From assembly GCA_963826115.1 (NCBI GenBank), contig CAWGVS010000011.1, positions 32,001 through 96,000 on the forward strand: 64,000 nt of DNA, read 5' to 3'. Source of the DNA: an uncultured Candidatus Rokubacteria bacterium (lineage in GTDB: Bacteria; Methylomirabilota; Methylomirabilia; Rokubacteriales; DASRDR01). Both the position numbers and the translations under genes were made by a program. The notes beneath the pieces are model-generated. The model saw only the letters and a program-made list of their open reading frames with translations, ran no database searches and was not told the DNA's origin. This document shows positions 26,217 through 36,628 of this stretch, piece after piece (the stretch's first letter is position 1; each line of letters starts with the position of its first letter).

Positions 26217-28643
26217 GTGAGCCTCCCGCGGTTCGTCGCGATCCACGGTCACTTCTACCAGCCTCCCCGCGAGAGCCCCTGGCTCGAGCGCATCGAGATC
26301 CAGGACTCCGCGGCGCCGTATCACGACTGGAACGCGCGTGTCACTGCGGAGTCCTATGCCCCGAACATTGCCGCGCGCCGGGTCGACGCGCGGAACCGCA
26401 TCGTGGACGTCGTCGACAACTTCGCCTCGCTCGCCTTCGACGTCGGCCCGACGCTCATGTCCTGGCTCGAGCACGAGCGCGTCGATGTCTACCGCGCGAT
26501 CCTGGATGCCGATACGGCGAGCCGCCGGGCTCTCGGCCACGGCAACGCGATCGCCCAGGCGTACGGGCACGCGATCCTGCCTCTCTGCAGCCGGCGCGAC
26601 AAGGTCACACAGGTCCGATGGGGGCTCGCGGACTTCCGGCACCGATTCGGTCGCGAGCCGGAGGGGATGTGGCTTCCCGAGACGGCGGTGGACCAGGAGA
26701 CGCTGGAGGTCTTGGCCGAGGAGGGCGTGCGCTTCACGCTCCTGGCGCCGGGCCAGGCCGCCGCCGTGCGAGAGCCCGCGGGCGAGTGGCAGCCCGGGTC
26801 CGTGGCCCTGGACCCGCGCCGAGCGTACCGCTGCGTGCTCGGATCGGGTCGAGAAGTCGCGCTCTTCTTCTACGACGGAGGGGTGTCACACGCGATCGCG
26901 TTCGAAGGCGTCCTGCGCTCGGGCGATGCGCTGGCGACGCGGCTCCTGGGCGCGTTCGACGAGGGCCCGCACGCGCAGCTGGTTCACGTGGCGACCGACG
27001 GCGAGACCTACGGGCACCACCACCGGTTCGGCGAGATGGCGCTGGCGGCCGCATGCGCCCGGATCCGCGAGAGCGGCGGCGCCGTCCTGACCAATCACGC
27101 GGCCTTCCTGGCCGCCCACCCGCCGACGATGGAGGTGCGGGTGGTCGAGGGGTCGTCCTGGAGCTGCGCACACGGGGTGGAGCGGTGGCGCGCGGACTGC
27201 GGCTGCCGGGCCGGGCGTCACGCGGGATGGACCCAGGGATGGCGTGGGCCCCTCCGGGAGACGCTCGACTGGCTGGCGGACGCCGTCGACTCGCTCTACG
27301 AGGCGCGCGCGGCCGCCGTCCTCAAGGACCCATGGGCCGCGCGGGACGCCTACGTGACCGTCATCCTCGACCGCGGCCCCGCCTCGGTGGACGCCTACCT
27401 CGAGCGCCATGCGCTCCGCCCGCTGGACGCGGCCGGGCGTGTCCTGGCGCTTCGATGCCTCGAGCTCCAGCGTCACCGCCTTCTCATGTACACCTCCTGC
27501 GGCTGGTTCTTCGACGAGATCTCGGGCATCGAGACCGTCCAGGTGCTTCGCTATGCCGCGCGCGTGCTGCAGCTGGCGCGCGCCCTCGGAGGTGACCAGG
27601 GCCTCGAGACGGAGATGATCCGACGTCTCGCGGCCGCGCCGTCGAATGTCGCGGAGCTCCGGGACGGTGCGGGTGTGTGGCGGCGCCACGTCGCGCCCGC
27701 GGCGACCGATCTCGCGCGGGTGGCGGCGCACTACGCGATGGCCGGATCCTCGGAGGGCTACGGCGATGTGGCCGAGGTCCACGCGTTCCGGGCCGAGCGG
27801 CGCGGGTGGGTCCGGGTGAGCGTGAGCGAGGGGTCGCTGGCGATGGGCCGCGTGCGGGTGACGTCCCGCCTGACGACCGAGCAGGAGGAGATGGACGTCG
27901 CGGTGCTGCACGCCGCCGACGGCCGGCCTCTGTGCCGCGTCCGGACGGACGGCGACGGCGCGGCCGTCCCGGGCGCTCGGGCCGCGCTCCTTCGGGCGTT
28001 CCCCGGGCGCGATGCGGCCGGGTGGACCGGCGCGCTCGACCGGCACTTCGGCGGTCGGGCCTACGGGATCGAGGACGTCTTCCCCGACGAGCGCCGCCGG
28101 CTCCTGGCCCGTCTCACCGAGGGTGCTCTCGCGGCGCCGGAGGGGACGCGCGAGCGGGCGGACGGCGAGCGCCTGCTCCTCGAGGATCTGCGCCTCGGCG
28201 GCGGCCCACTTCCGCCGGCCGTTGTCGGCGCCGTCAGCCGCCTGGCCGCGCGCGTGCTCCGCCAGGAGCTCGCCGCCCTGGCCGCCGGCGATCCGGCCGC
28301 CGAGGGGGTGCGGCGCGTCCGCGAGCTGGTCGTGGCGCTCCGGTCGCGTGGCATCGGGCCGGCGCTGAGCCCCGAGGAAGTCGTGCCCCCCGTCGAGGCC
28401 GCTCTCGCGCGCGCGTTCGGCGCGCTCGCGACGGGCGTGACGCCCGTGCGTGTGGCCGACGGGCTCGCGCTGATGGGGCTCGGCACCCTGCTGGACTCGA
28501 CTCCCGATCTCTGGGGGGTTCAGAACATCGCCGCGACGCTCTGGCGGGAGAGTCCCGCCAGCACGCGGGACCTCCTGGCGCCCCTCATGGCGACGCTCGG
28601 GTTCGCGCCGGGCGCGCCTGAGACGCCGGCGGAGCGCGCGTAA
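26217..28643 (+). CDS. Glycoside hydrolase family 57 protein with DUF3536
   Basis: HGHFYQPPRE, GMWLPETAV, ATDGETYGHH, SWSCAHGVERW, MYTSCGWFFD. Confidence 0.92.
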   Translation: MSLPRFVAIHGHFYQPPRESPWLERIEIQDSAAPYHDWNARVTAESYAPNIAARRVDARNRIVDVVDNFASLAFDVGPTLMSWLEHERVDVYRAILDADTASRRALGHGNAIAQAYGHAILPLCSRRDKVTQVRWGLADFRHRFGREPEGMWLPETAVDQETLEVLAEEGVRFTLLAPGQAAAVREPAGEWQPGSVALDPRRAYRCVLGSGREVALFFYDGGVSHAIAFEGVLRSGDALATRLLGAFDEGPHAQLVHVATDGETYGHHHRFGEMALAAACARIRESGGAVLTNHAAFLAAHPPTMEVRVVEGSSWSCAHGVERWRADCGCRAGRHAGWTQGWRGPLRETLDWLADAVDSLYEARAAAVLKDPWAARDAYVTVILDRGPASVDAYLERHALRPLDAAGRVLALRCLELQRHRLLMYTSCGWFFDEISGIETVQVLRYAARVLQLARALGGDQGLETEMIRRLAAAPSNVAELRDGAGVWRRHVAPAATDLARVAAHYAMAGSSEGYGDVAEVHAFRAERRGWVRVSVSEGSLAMGRVRVTSRLTTEQEEMDVAVLHAADGRPLCRVRTDGDGAAVPGARAALLRAFPGRDAAGWTGALDRHFGGRAYGIEDVFPDERRRLLARLTEGALAAPEGTRERADGERLLLEDLRLGGGPLPPAVVGAVSRLAARVLRQELAALAAGDPAAEGVRRVRELVVALRSRGIGPALSPEEVVPPVEAALARAFGALATGVTPVRVADGLALMGLGTLLDSTPDLWGVQNIAATLWRESPASTRDLLAPLMATLGFAPGAPETPAERA

Positions 28644-28644
28644 C

Positions 28645-29436
28645 GTGGGCGGCCCGGGACCCAGCCGGCCGGCAGATCTCCGGGGCCAGGTGGCCTGGTC
28701 ACCGGGGGCGCGCGCGGGATCGGTCGCGCGTCCGCGGCCACCCTCGCCCGGGCGGGCGCCGACGTCGCCGTGGCGGACCTCCTCGCCACGGGGGAGGCCG
28801 AGGCCGCGATCGCGTCCACCGGACGGCGGGTCCTCGGCGTCTCCCTGGACGTGACCGACGCCGAGGCGGTGGCGGCGACGGTCGATCGCGTCGTGAAGAC
28901 GCTGGGGCGCCTCGACATTCTCGTGACCGCGGCGGGGATCATCCACCGGGACCCGCTCGAGGAGACCACGGCCGCCGTCTGGCGGCGGGTCGTCGAGGTC
29001 GTGCTGACGGGCACCTTCCACGCGATCCAGGCCGCGGTGCCCGTGATGCGCGCCCAGGGCTACGGAAAGATCGTGACGATCTCGTCCATCTCCGGGATCG
29101 TGGGGGGCGCGGTCTCGCGCGTGGCCGAGAGCGCCGACGCCCGCGCGCGGTCGCTCGGGCCCGGCCTACGCCGCCGCCAAGGGCGGCGTGATCGCGCTGA
29201 CGCGCTGGGTCGCGAAGGACGTGGGACAGAGCGGCATCTACGTCAACAGCGTCGCCCCCGGCGGTGTGGACACCGACATGACGCGCGGGTATGCCTATCC
29301 CGTGGACGCCCTGCCGCTCGCCCGGATGGGCACGCCGGAGGACGTCGCGGAAGCCGTTCTCTTCCTCGCGTCGCCCGCGTCGAACTACGTGACCGGGCAG
29401 GTCCTGCGCGTCGACGGTGGCTGGACGATCGGGTAG
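28645..29436 (+). CDS. SDR oxidoreductase (FabG-like), two frameshifts near 28693 and near 29150
   Basis: LRGQVA|VTGGARGIG, LDILVTAAG and YAAAKGG...NSVAPG...TGQVLRVDGG lie in different frames; either a pseudogene or sequencing indels. Confidence 0.8.
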
Positions 29437-29457
29437 GGGTAGGGGAGGGGACGGCCG

Positions 29458-29655
29458 ATGCTGATCATCATTGCGCACCGGATCCTGATCGGAACCGCGA
29501 TCTGTTTCGGGATCTTCTATACGATCTGGGAGGCGCTCGCCTATCGCGGGAGCGGCGAGACGCTCCACCTCGTGATCGCCGCCCTCAGCGCCGTCATCAC
29601 GCTCGCCCTGGGGTACTACCTGAAGAACCTGCGCCGGTTCGTCAGCCACCCGTAG
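29458..29655 (+). CDS. Small two-TM membrane protein
   Basis: 65-aa ORF with GGAGG RBS, two hydrophobic helices and genome-typical codon use. Confidence 0.7.
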   Translation: MLIIIAHRILIGTAICFGIFYTIWEALAYRGSGETLHLVIAALSAVITLALGYYLKNLRRFVSHP

Positions 29656-29933
29656 CGTCCGGCTCCGCGTCCCGCGCCCGTCCCGCTCCCTGCGCCGTGA
29701 TGCCCGCACCCTCCGGCGGCGACGCTGGACGGACCCACTAACCAGCCAGCCAAGGGGGAGGGCCACCCCGCCGCCCCGAGCCAGCCGCGACGCCACCCGG
29801 CATTGCGCGTCCCGGATCCCGTTGCCCACCAGCGCCCCGAGGGGCCTGCGGCGCTCGCGGCGCCCGGCAGGAGCTGGGTCGCCGGGAGCGTGGGGTGGCG
29901 ATCGAGGAGCCGCCGCGTTCGCGGGGGCGCGGG

Positions 29934-30758
29934 CTAGTTCAGCGAGGCGAGCGCCTGGCGAAGGGCGCGGAGCCGGCCCTTCACCTCTTCTGCGTCGGGA
30001 GCTCCGGGCGCCCGCTGGAGGTACGCTTCCCAGTCCCGCACGGCGGCCGCGCCCTGGCCGAGCCGGGCGTGGAGCGTGCCGCGGTCCCGGAGCTCCTCGA
30101 TCGCGTCGGGCGCGAGCAGGACGATCCGCTCCACCGCGGCCATGGCGCGCGGCCAGTCGCCCAGCGCGGTGTAGATCGCCTTCAGGTTGCTCAGCATCCG
30201 GACGAAGACCTGCCGCGTGGTGACGGGCGCCAGCCACCGCGGGTCGAGCGGCCCGCCGCCGGGCCGGACCCGGGAGACCAGTTCCTCGCACGCCGCGCGG
30301 TCGAGTAGCTGCCCACCGTGGAACGGATCGAGGAGGCGATGGCGCCCGGCGCGCTCGGCCCGCACGACGAAGTGCCCGGGCAGGCCGACGCCCGCGGCCT
30401 CGAGCCCGGCTCGCGCGGCGACGACGACGTACACGACGGACAGGGTGATCGGGATGCCGAGCCGGCGCTCGAGCACGTCGTCGAGGAAGCTGTTGCGGGG
30501 GTCGTAGTAGTCCTCGGCGTTGCCGCGGAAGCCTTCCTCCTCGAAGAGGAGCCGGGCGACGGCCGCAGCGGCGCGGTCGACGTTCATCTCCGGCGTCACG
30601 CGCTCGGCGGCGCGCCGGCCGAGGGCGTCGAGCTGCCCGAGCGCGCGCGGGACGTCGAGGTCGGGGTGCGTCTCGGCGGCGATCCAGAGCGCCCCCTCGG
30701 CGAGCGAGCGGGCGTCCTTGGTTCCGGCCAGCGCCACGAGGCGGCCGCGCGGATCCAC
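29934..30758 (-). CDS. SirB1/transglutaminase-like protein with TPR
   Basis: YYDPRNSFL..VLERRLGIPITL, GLPGHF, DPF. Confidence 0.9.
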   Translation of the reverse strand: MDPRGRLVALAGTKDARSLAEGALWIAAETHPDLDVPRALGQLDALGRRAAERVTPEMNVDRAAAAVARLLFEEEGFRGNAEDYYDPRNSFLDDVLERRLGIPITLSVVYVVVAARAGLEAAGVGLPGHFVVRAERAGRHRLLDPFHGGQLLDRAACEELVSRVRPGGGPLDPRWLAPVTTRQVFVRMLSNLKAIYTALGDWPRAMAAVERIVLLAPDAIEELRDRGTLHARLGQGAAAVRDWEAYLQRAPGAPDAEEVKGRLRALRQALASLN

Positions 30759-30771
30759 GACGGGCCGAAGC

Positions 30772-32037
30772 TTAGCGGATCTCTGACGCCCGCACCAGGC
30801 GGGCGCGGGGTCGGGGCAGGAGCCCCGCGAGGAAGCGGGGCTCGAGGAGCGCCCGCGGCGGCACGATGTCCCCGAGGACGCCCATGAGGCGTCCGAGGTG
30901 GGCGGGGCGGGCGGCCAGGATCCGGGCGACGGCGATCGACAGCGCCCGGCTGGCGATGACGCGCTGGAGGATCAGCGTGACGCGGGTTTTTGGCGCGAGC
31001 TCCCGCGCGTGGCGGATGTGGGCCGGCGCCAGCGCGCTCGCCGAGACGTCTCCGGCCCGCACCGCCCGCGCCCCGACCTCGGCGGCGTGCTCCGCCGAGC
31101 GGAGGGCCGCGTAGATGCCCTCGCCCGTGAAGGGATCCAGGAAGCCCGCGGCGTCGCCGACCAGGAGCACCCCGCCCGTCGAGGGAGGTGCGACCCGGTA
31201 GGCGAGCGGCCCAAGGGCGCGCACCGGCCCCATTCGCCGGGCGCCGCGGAGGCGGTCCCGGAATCCGGGCAGGGCGCGCGTCGCGGTGTCGAAGTAGCCG
31301 GCGAGATCGGCCTTGTGCCGGCGAGCGTCTTCCATCGGGATCACGAGGCTCAAGTTCGCGACGCTGTCGGCGACCGGATTCAGGATCGAGTAGGCGGGCG
31401 GGGCGAGCACGATGTCGCCCCGCTCGGGGTCGACGACGGCGCCCTCGACGTCGGCCACCAGCGCGAGACGGTGCAGCCACGGGTGCGGGCGTCTCAGGCC
31501 CAGGCGCTGGACGACCACCGAGGCCCGGCCGTCGGCCGCGACGACCAGCCGGGCCGGGAGGGTCTCGCTCCGCGCCGCGCGTGCCGCCGAGCGGACGGGT
31601 TCGGCCACCACGCCGGTCACGTGTCCGCCGTCCTGGAGGACGTCGACGACCCGGATGCTTTCCCGCACCGTCACGCCGGCGGCGCGCGCGCGCTCGACGA
31701 GGAGATGGTCGAGCGTCCGGCGCCGCGCCGCCAGGGCGTGCGGGGGCTGGCCGCGCCAGGGGCCGGCGGCGGCGTAGTCGCCGAAGAGGAGGGTGCCGTC
31801 GGGCGCGAGGACGCGCATGCCCCGGAGCGGCCGGGCGCCCTGCGCCTTCAGGGTCGAGAGGACGCCGAGGCGGTCCAGGATCCGGCTGCTCTCCGGCGAC
31901 AGGTACTCCCCGCACACCTTGTCGCGGGGGAAGCGCGCCCGATCGAGGAGGACGACCGAGAGACCCTGCTCGGCCAGAAGGATCGCGGTCGCGGCCCCCG
32001 CCGGGCCCGCGCCGACGACCACCGCGTCAGCCGGCAC
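30772..32037 (-). CDS. FAD-dependent oxidoreductase (geranylgeranyl reductase/halogenase-like superfamily)
   Basis: GAGPAG, FPRDKVCGE, AADG, GDAAGFLDPFTGEG. Confidence 0.9.
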   Translation of the reverse strand: MPADAVVVGAGPAGAATAILLAEQGLSVVLLDRARFPRDKVCGEYLSPESSRILDRLGVLSTLKAQGARPLRGMRVLAPDGTLLFGDYAAAGPWRGQPPHALAARRRTLDHLLVERARAAGVTVRESIRVVDVLQDGGHVTGVVAEPVRSAARAARSETLPARLVVAADGRASVVVQRLGLRRPHPWLHRLALVADVEGAVVDPERGDIVLAPPAYSILNPVADSVANLSLVIPMEDARRHKADLAGYFDTATRALPGFRDRLRGARRMGPVRALGPLAYRVAPPSTGGVLLVGDAAGFLDPFTGEGIYAALRSAEHAAEVGARAVRAGDVSASALAPAHIRHARELAPKTRVTLILQRVIASRALSIAVARILAARPAHLGRLMGVLGDIVPPRALLEPRFLAGLLPRPRARLVRASEIR

Positions 32038-32761
32038 GGGCGGCTCCGGCGGGCGCGCGGAGCCAGACGCCGACCTGACGGAACGCGGGTGCCCGCTGCC
32101 AGCGAATGTCCGGCAGGCCGGCGCGCTCGGACAGGCGCCCGAGCTCCGCGGGCGTGTAGGCTCGCCGGACCGAGAGGGGCCCGTCGTGGCGAGCCATGCG
32201 GCCGCACGCGGTCGCGCGAGTCACGAGCCACACGGCGGCCCAGGCGAGCCGTCCCCGGCGGAAGTCGCTCACGATGAAGCCCATCCGGACGAGGTCGGCG
32301 AGCCGGCGGAGCAGCGCGACGACGACCTCCTCGGGGAGGTGGTGGAGGACGAGCGAGCAGAGCGCCAGGTCCACCGAGCCGGGCCGGATCGGAGCCCGCA
32401 GCGCGTCCGCCCCGACGATGCGCACCTCGGGCGTGCCCTCGATGGCGCGGGCGGCGTGCCGCCAGATCGTCGGATGCATCTCGAGGGCCGTGATGGCCAC
32501 GCGGTGGCCGCCGCGCCGCGCCCACCGCGCCAGCGCCAGCGGGATGTCGGCCGCTCCCGTCCCGACGTCGAGGATCCGGAGCGTCTCGCCCGGGCGCTGT
32601 CCCGCCAGGAACGGCGCGACCAGACGCTGGATGGTCTGCGTGGCGCCGATCCGGTTCAGCCGCGCGATGTCGGAGAGATTGCGACACAGGTCCGCGACCG
32701 GCGTGTCGAGCTCGTCCATCAGCTCGCGGCGTGCGACCTCCCGGGGCGGCGGGGGCAGCAT
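32027..32761 (-). CDS. SAM-dependent methyltransferase of the type found next to type III PKS genes
   Basis: ELMD, ILDVGTGAAD, LVLHHL, HDGPLSVRRAYT. Confidence 0.88.
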   Translation of the reverse strand: MLPPPPREVARRELMDELDTPVADLCRNLSDIARLNRIGATQTIQRLVAPFLAGQRPGETLRILDVGTGAADIPLALARWARRGGHRVAITALEMHPTIWRHAARAIEGTPEVRIVGADALRAPIRPGSVDLALCSLVLHHLPEEVVVALLRRLADLVRMGFIVSDFRRGRLAWAAVWLVTRATACGRMARHDGPLSVRRAYTPAELGRLSERAGLPDIRWQRAPAFRQVGVWLRAPAGAARAG

Positions 32762-32767
32762 CGCCCG

Positions 32768-33790
32768 CTAGAAGCGGAGGAGGGCGCCCTCGGCGGCGAA
32801 GCCGGGGCCGAGCGCCATCATGAGGCCGATGTCGCCCGGGCTCGGCCGGCCGCTCTTCATGACCGCGTCCAGGACGAACAGCACGGTGGCGGAGGACAGG
32901 TTGCCGAAGCGCCGGAGAACGCCGCGCGAGTACGCGACGTCGTCGTCGGTGAGGCCGAGCAGCGCCTGGGCGTTCTCGATCACCCGCCGGCCCGCGGAGT
33001 GGAGCACCCAGAACCGCACGTCCTCCCGGGCGAGCCCGTGGTCCTTCAGGATCGCCTCGGAGAGCTCCTCCATCATGGCCGGGGCGATCCGGCGCACCTC
33101 CGGCGACAGGAGGACCCGGTAGTATCCCCCCGGGAACGTGAAGCCCATGCGGTCGAGGTACTCCGACCGGATCAGCGTCCGGTGGCCGAGGACCTCGGGC
33201 CCGTCGCCCCTCGTGGTCAGGAGGACGGCGGCGGCGCCGTCGGCGAAGATCGCGTTCGCCACCGCGGTCTCCGCCTCCTCGTCCAGGTAGTAGGTCGTGG
33301 AGCAGAGCTCGACGGAGACGGCGAGCACCCGCCGGTCCGGGAAGGCCTGGAGGTAGTTCCAGGCCTGCTGGAGCACCACCATCGCGCTCGCGCACCCGGT
33401 GTCGCCGACGTGCACGCGCTGCACGTCGCTCCGGAGACCGAGCGCCGCGATCAAGTGCGCGTCGAGGCTCGGGACCAGGCGGCCCGTGCAGGTGGTGGTG
33501 ACGAGGAAATCCACGTCCGCGACGCCGAGCCCCGCCTGGGCGAGGCAGGCCTCGACCGCCTCCACGCCCAGGCGCACGCTGCCCTCGGCGAAGCGTGCGT
33601 TCAGCTCGTCGATCGTCTCGGGGCGGGGGTCCGCGGCCGTGACGTAGAGATGGCGGGCGTCGATGCCGCTGTTGTTGAAGAAGCTGCGCCGGAGCCCGTC
33701 CCCGTATCCGAAGAGCTTGGCGAGCTCGGCCTGGGTGAAGCGCCGGCTCGGGACTGCCGTCCCGATGGCGGCGATGCGGGGGATGTGCAC
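32768..33790 (-). CDS. Type III polyketide synthase (chalcone synthase family)
   Basis: Catalytic triad GC(ASA), H(SAG), N(LSS); ELCS, FADGAAA and GPGF motifs; GGAGG RBS before GTG 33790. Confidence 0.92.
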   Translation of the reverse strand: MHIPRIAAIGTAVPSRRFTQAELAKLFGYGDGLRRSFFNNSGIDARHLYVTAADPRPETIDELNARFAEGSVRLGVEAVEACLAQAGLGVADVDFLVTTTCTGRLVPSLDAHLIAALGLRSDVQRVHVGDTGCASAMVVLQQAWNYLQAFPDRRVLAVSVELCSTTYYLDEEAETAVANAIFADGAAAVLLTTRGDGPEVLGHRTLIRSEYLDRMGFTFPGGYYRVLLSPEVRRIAPAMMEELSEAILKDHGLAREDVRFWVLHSAGRRVIENAQALLGLTDDDVAYSRGVLRRFGNLSSATVLFVLDAVMKSGRPSPGDIGLMMALGPGFAAEGALLRF

Positions 33791-33913
33791 GCTGGACCTC
33801 CCTGGAGCGCCGCGCGCGATCATCCGCTCGCGACTCTCTCCCTCCATTATGCAACCGGACGCCGGAGCAGCGAGTTCCCGCGACGACGCCGCGGGATGAA
33901 GGGAGAACCCCGA

Positions 33914-34321
33914 CTAGCGGGGGCGGAACGTGATGACGGGCGGGTCCGCGTTCGCGGCGGAGCCGGCGAAGCGGACGGGCAGGCCGACCCGGGCGCTGTC
34001 GACCGGGACGCCCGTCAGGCGGCCCAGGAGCGAGACGCCCTCGGCCATGCGAACGACGGCGATCACGTAGGGAGCGTCGGCCGCGTACTGGGCCGGGGCG
34101 ACGCGGATCACCGTGTACGAGGCGATCTCGCCGTCGCCGCCGAGCGGCGCGCGCTCCCAGCGCAGGCCCTCGCACTCCGGGCAAACGGCCTTCGGCGGCA
34201 CGGCGAGCGCGCCACACGCCGCGCATCGCTGGACCATCAGGGAGCCCGCGCGGACGCCGGCGAAGAACTCGCCCGTCGTGACACTGCGGGCCGCGTCGGC
34301 CGTCGCGACCGGCGCGCTCAC
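33914..34321 (-). CDS. DUF35 Zn-ribbon/OB-fold acyl-CoA-binding protein
   Basis: QRCAACG...PP..VCPEC; SYTVI; PYVIAVV. Confidence 0.9.
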   Translation of the reverse strand: MSAPVATADAARSVTTGEFFAGVRAGSLMVQRCAACGALAVPPKAVCPECEGLRWERAPLGGDGEIASYTVIRVAPAQYAADAPYVIAVVRMAEGVSLLGRLTGVPVDSARVGLPVRFAGSAANADPPVITFRPR

Positions 34322-35478
34322 CGGGGCTCCCGGCCGAAGACGCTCACGAGGACGGACGCGGTGTTGCCGCCCAGCGTGTGGGCCAGCCCCACCGAGGCCT
34401 GCTCGACCTGGCGCCGCCCGGCCTCGCCCCGCAGCTGCGTGGCGATCTCGGCCACCTGCGCCGCGCCCGTGGCGCCGATCGGGTGTCCCTTGGCCTTGAG
34501 GCCGCCGGAGACGTTGACGGGGATCCGGCCGCCCAGGCTCGTCTCGCCCTTCTCGGCCGCGATGCCGCCGGTGCCGGGCTCGCAGAGCCCCAGGCCCTCG
34601 GTGGCGACGATCTCGGCGATCGTGAAGCAGTCGTGGAGCTCGACGACGTCCACGTCCTGGGGGCCGATCCCGGCCTGCCGGTATGCGGCGAGGGCGGCGC
34701 GCTCGGTGGCCACGGCCCGCGCGAGGTCACGCTTGTCGTGGAGACACATCGAGTCGCCCGCCTGGGCCGAGCCCAGCACCCACACGGGCTTCCGGGTCTT
34801 GCGTGCGAGCTCCTCGGAGGCGAGCACCACCGCGGCGGCGCCGTCCGAGAACGGGCAGCAGTCGTAGAGCTTCAGCGGGTCCGCCACCTTGGCGCTCCGG
34901 AGGACCTGCTCGAGGGTGATCTCCTTCTGGAACTGGGCCTTCGGATTCATCGTGCCGTGGCGGTGGTTCTTGACGGCCACGTGCGCCATCTGCTCCTCGG
35001 TCGTGCCGTACTTGGCCATGTGGGCCCGGGCGATGAGGGCGAAGACGCCCGGGAAGGTGAGGCCGGCCGGCTGCTCGAACACCGCGTCCGAGGCATAGGC
35101 GAACACCTCGGTCGAGCGCTCGGTGGGCATGGTCAGCACCCGCTCGGTGCCACCGACGAGGAGGACGTCCGCCGCCCCGGAGGCGATCTCGAAGATCGCG
35201 TGCCGGAAGGCGGCGTGGCTCGACGCGCACGCCGTCTCGAACCGGGTCGCGGCCACATGGGGGATCCCCAGCGTCGACGTCACCTGGGGGCCGAGGTGGA
35301 GCTGCCGCTCGCCGGCCTCTCCGACGACGTTCCCCACGTAGACGCCCTGGACCTGGCGCGGGCGGATGCCCGCGTCGATGAGCGCGTCGAGGCCCGCCTC
35401 GGCGAAGAGCTCCGCGCACGTCCGCTCGTGCTTGCCGAACTTCGTGACGCCGACGCCGACGACCGCAACCCGTCGCAT
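34318..35478 (-). CDS. SCP2/nsLTP-type thiolase
   Basis: ETACASS, VKNH, DCCPFSDGAAA, ELHDCF, GHPIGATG. Confidence 0.92.
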   Translation of the reverse strand: MRRVAVVGVGVTKFGKHERTCAELFAEAGLDALIDAGIRPRQVQGVYVGNVVGEAGERQLHLGPQVTSTLGIPHVAATRFETACASSHAAFRHAIFEIASGAADVLLVGGTERVLTMPTERSTEVFAYASDAVFEQPAGLTFPGVFALIARAHMAKYGTTEEQMAHVAVKNHRHGTMNPKAQFQKEITLEQVLRSAKVADPLKLYDCCPFSDGAAAVVLASEELARKTRKPVWVLGSAQAGDSMCLHDKRDLARAVATERAALAAYRQAGIGPQDVDVVELHDCFTIAEIVATEGLGLCEPGTGGIAAEKGETSLGGRIPVNVSGGLKAKGHPIGATGAAQVAEIATQLRGEAGRRQVEQASVGLAHTLGGNTASVLVSVFGREPR

Positions 35479-35533
35479 GTCTCGATTGTATCCGACGTTG
35501 CGTGGTCCCGGAAGGGTGCGTAGGATGCGCGGC

Positions 35534-36580
35534 ATGGCGGGCCCGCACGCGACCGGTGGCCCTTCCGTCCGGCCGCTACGCGCGCGGGGGGGCGCGGGCC
35601 CGATCGGGCTCGCGATCGTCGGGTGCGGGCGCTTCGCGACGTTCCACGCGCAGGCGGCCCGGCAGCTCGGTGGGGCGGTGCGGGTCGCCTTCGCGAGCCG
35701 CGACGGAGTCCGCGCCGAGTCGTATCGCCGGCGCTTCGGCGGGTTCGCCGCGTTCGGCTCCTACGAGGCCGCGGCGGCTGACCCTCGCGTCGACGCGCTC
35801 GTCGTGTGCACGCCCCACCACCTCCACGCGGCGAACGCCGGCCTGGCCGCCGAGCACGGCAAGGCCATCCTGCTCGAGAAACCCATCGCCCGCACGCTCG
35901 CCGAGGCCGACGGAATCCTCTCGGCGGCGGGCGCGGCTGGCGTCGTGCTCATGGTGGCCGAGAACGCCCACTTCGCGCCGGGATTCGCGGCCGCCGGCGC
36001 CGCGGTGCGGAGCGGCGCGATCGGGGAGGTCCGCCAGATCGTCGTGGCCGCGCGGGGCCACCGGAAGGCGTCGGGGTGGCGGACGCGGCGCGCCGAGATG
36101 GGAGGCGGGCTCCTCATCGACGGCGGCATCCACTACCTCCACCTCGTGCGGGAGTGGGCGGGCCCGGTCGACGAGGTGGTCGCCTACGCGCCTCCGAACG
36201 CGCTGTCCGCGGTCGAGGGTGAGGACACGATCTTCCTGCTCCTCCGATTCCGGAGCGGCGCGGTGGCGACGCTCGTCAACTCGATCGCCGCGCCCGGCTT
36301 ACCGCGGCTCCAGTGGACGTGGCTCACCGGCACCGAGGGGTCGATCGGCGTCGACCATCGGGGGCGCGCCCTCTGGGTCCGGGGGCGCGGTCGCCCGCGG
36401 ATGCGAGTGTTCCTGCGCGACCGGCGCGGCCTGGTGGCGCAGCTCGCGGAGTTCGTGGCCGCGGTGCGCGAGGGACGTCCCCCGGTGCTGCCCCCGGAAT
36501 CCGCCCGAGCGGACCTGGCCCTGGTGCTGGCGGCGTACCGGTCGCTGGAGACGGGCCGACCCGAGGCGCCTCCGGTGTAG
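35534..36580 (+). CDS. Gfo/Idh/MocA oxidoreductase
   Basis: IVGCG, CTPHHLH, LEKP, DGGIH. Confidence 0.9.
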   Translation: MAGPHATGGPSVRPLRARGGAGPIGLAIVGCGRFATFHAQAARQLGGAVRVAFASRDGVRAESYRRRFGGFAAFGSYEAAAADPRVDALVVCTPHHLHAANAGLAAEHGKAILLEKPIARTLAEADGILSAAGAAGVVLMVAENAHFAPGFAAAGAAVRSGAIGEVRQIVVAARGHRKASGWRTRRAEMGGGLLIDGGIHYLHLVREWAGPVDEVVAYAPPNALSAVEGEDTIFLLLRFRSGAVATLVNSIAAPGLPRLQWTWLTGTEGSIGVDHRGRALWVRGRGRPRMRVFLRDRRGLVAQLAEFVAAVREGRPPVLPPESARADLALVLAAYRSLETGRPEAPPV

Positions 36581-36628
36581 GGTGGAGGCGAGGAGCCTGG
36601 ACTGACGACGCCCGATCCGTCCGACGCG

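Noticed and set aside
30772-32037. Flavin-dependent halogenase call
   Set aside because: I found no WxWxIP motif; it fits the general geranylgeranyl-reductase-like FAD oxidoreductases
31793-34867. Very long alternative-frame ORFs (e.g. 1024 aa here; 1101 aa at 43395-46700; 1671 aa at 48877-53892)
   Set aside because: Arg/Gly/Pro-rich shadow or antisense frames of real genes, expected at this GC content, with no recognisable motifs
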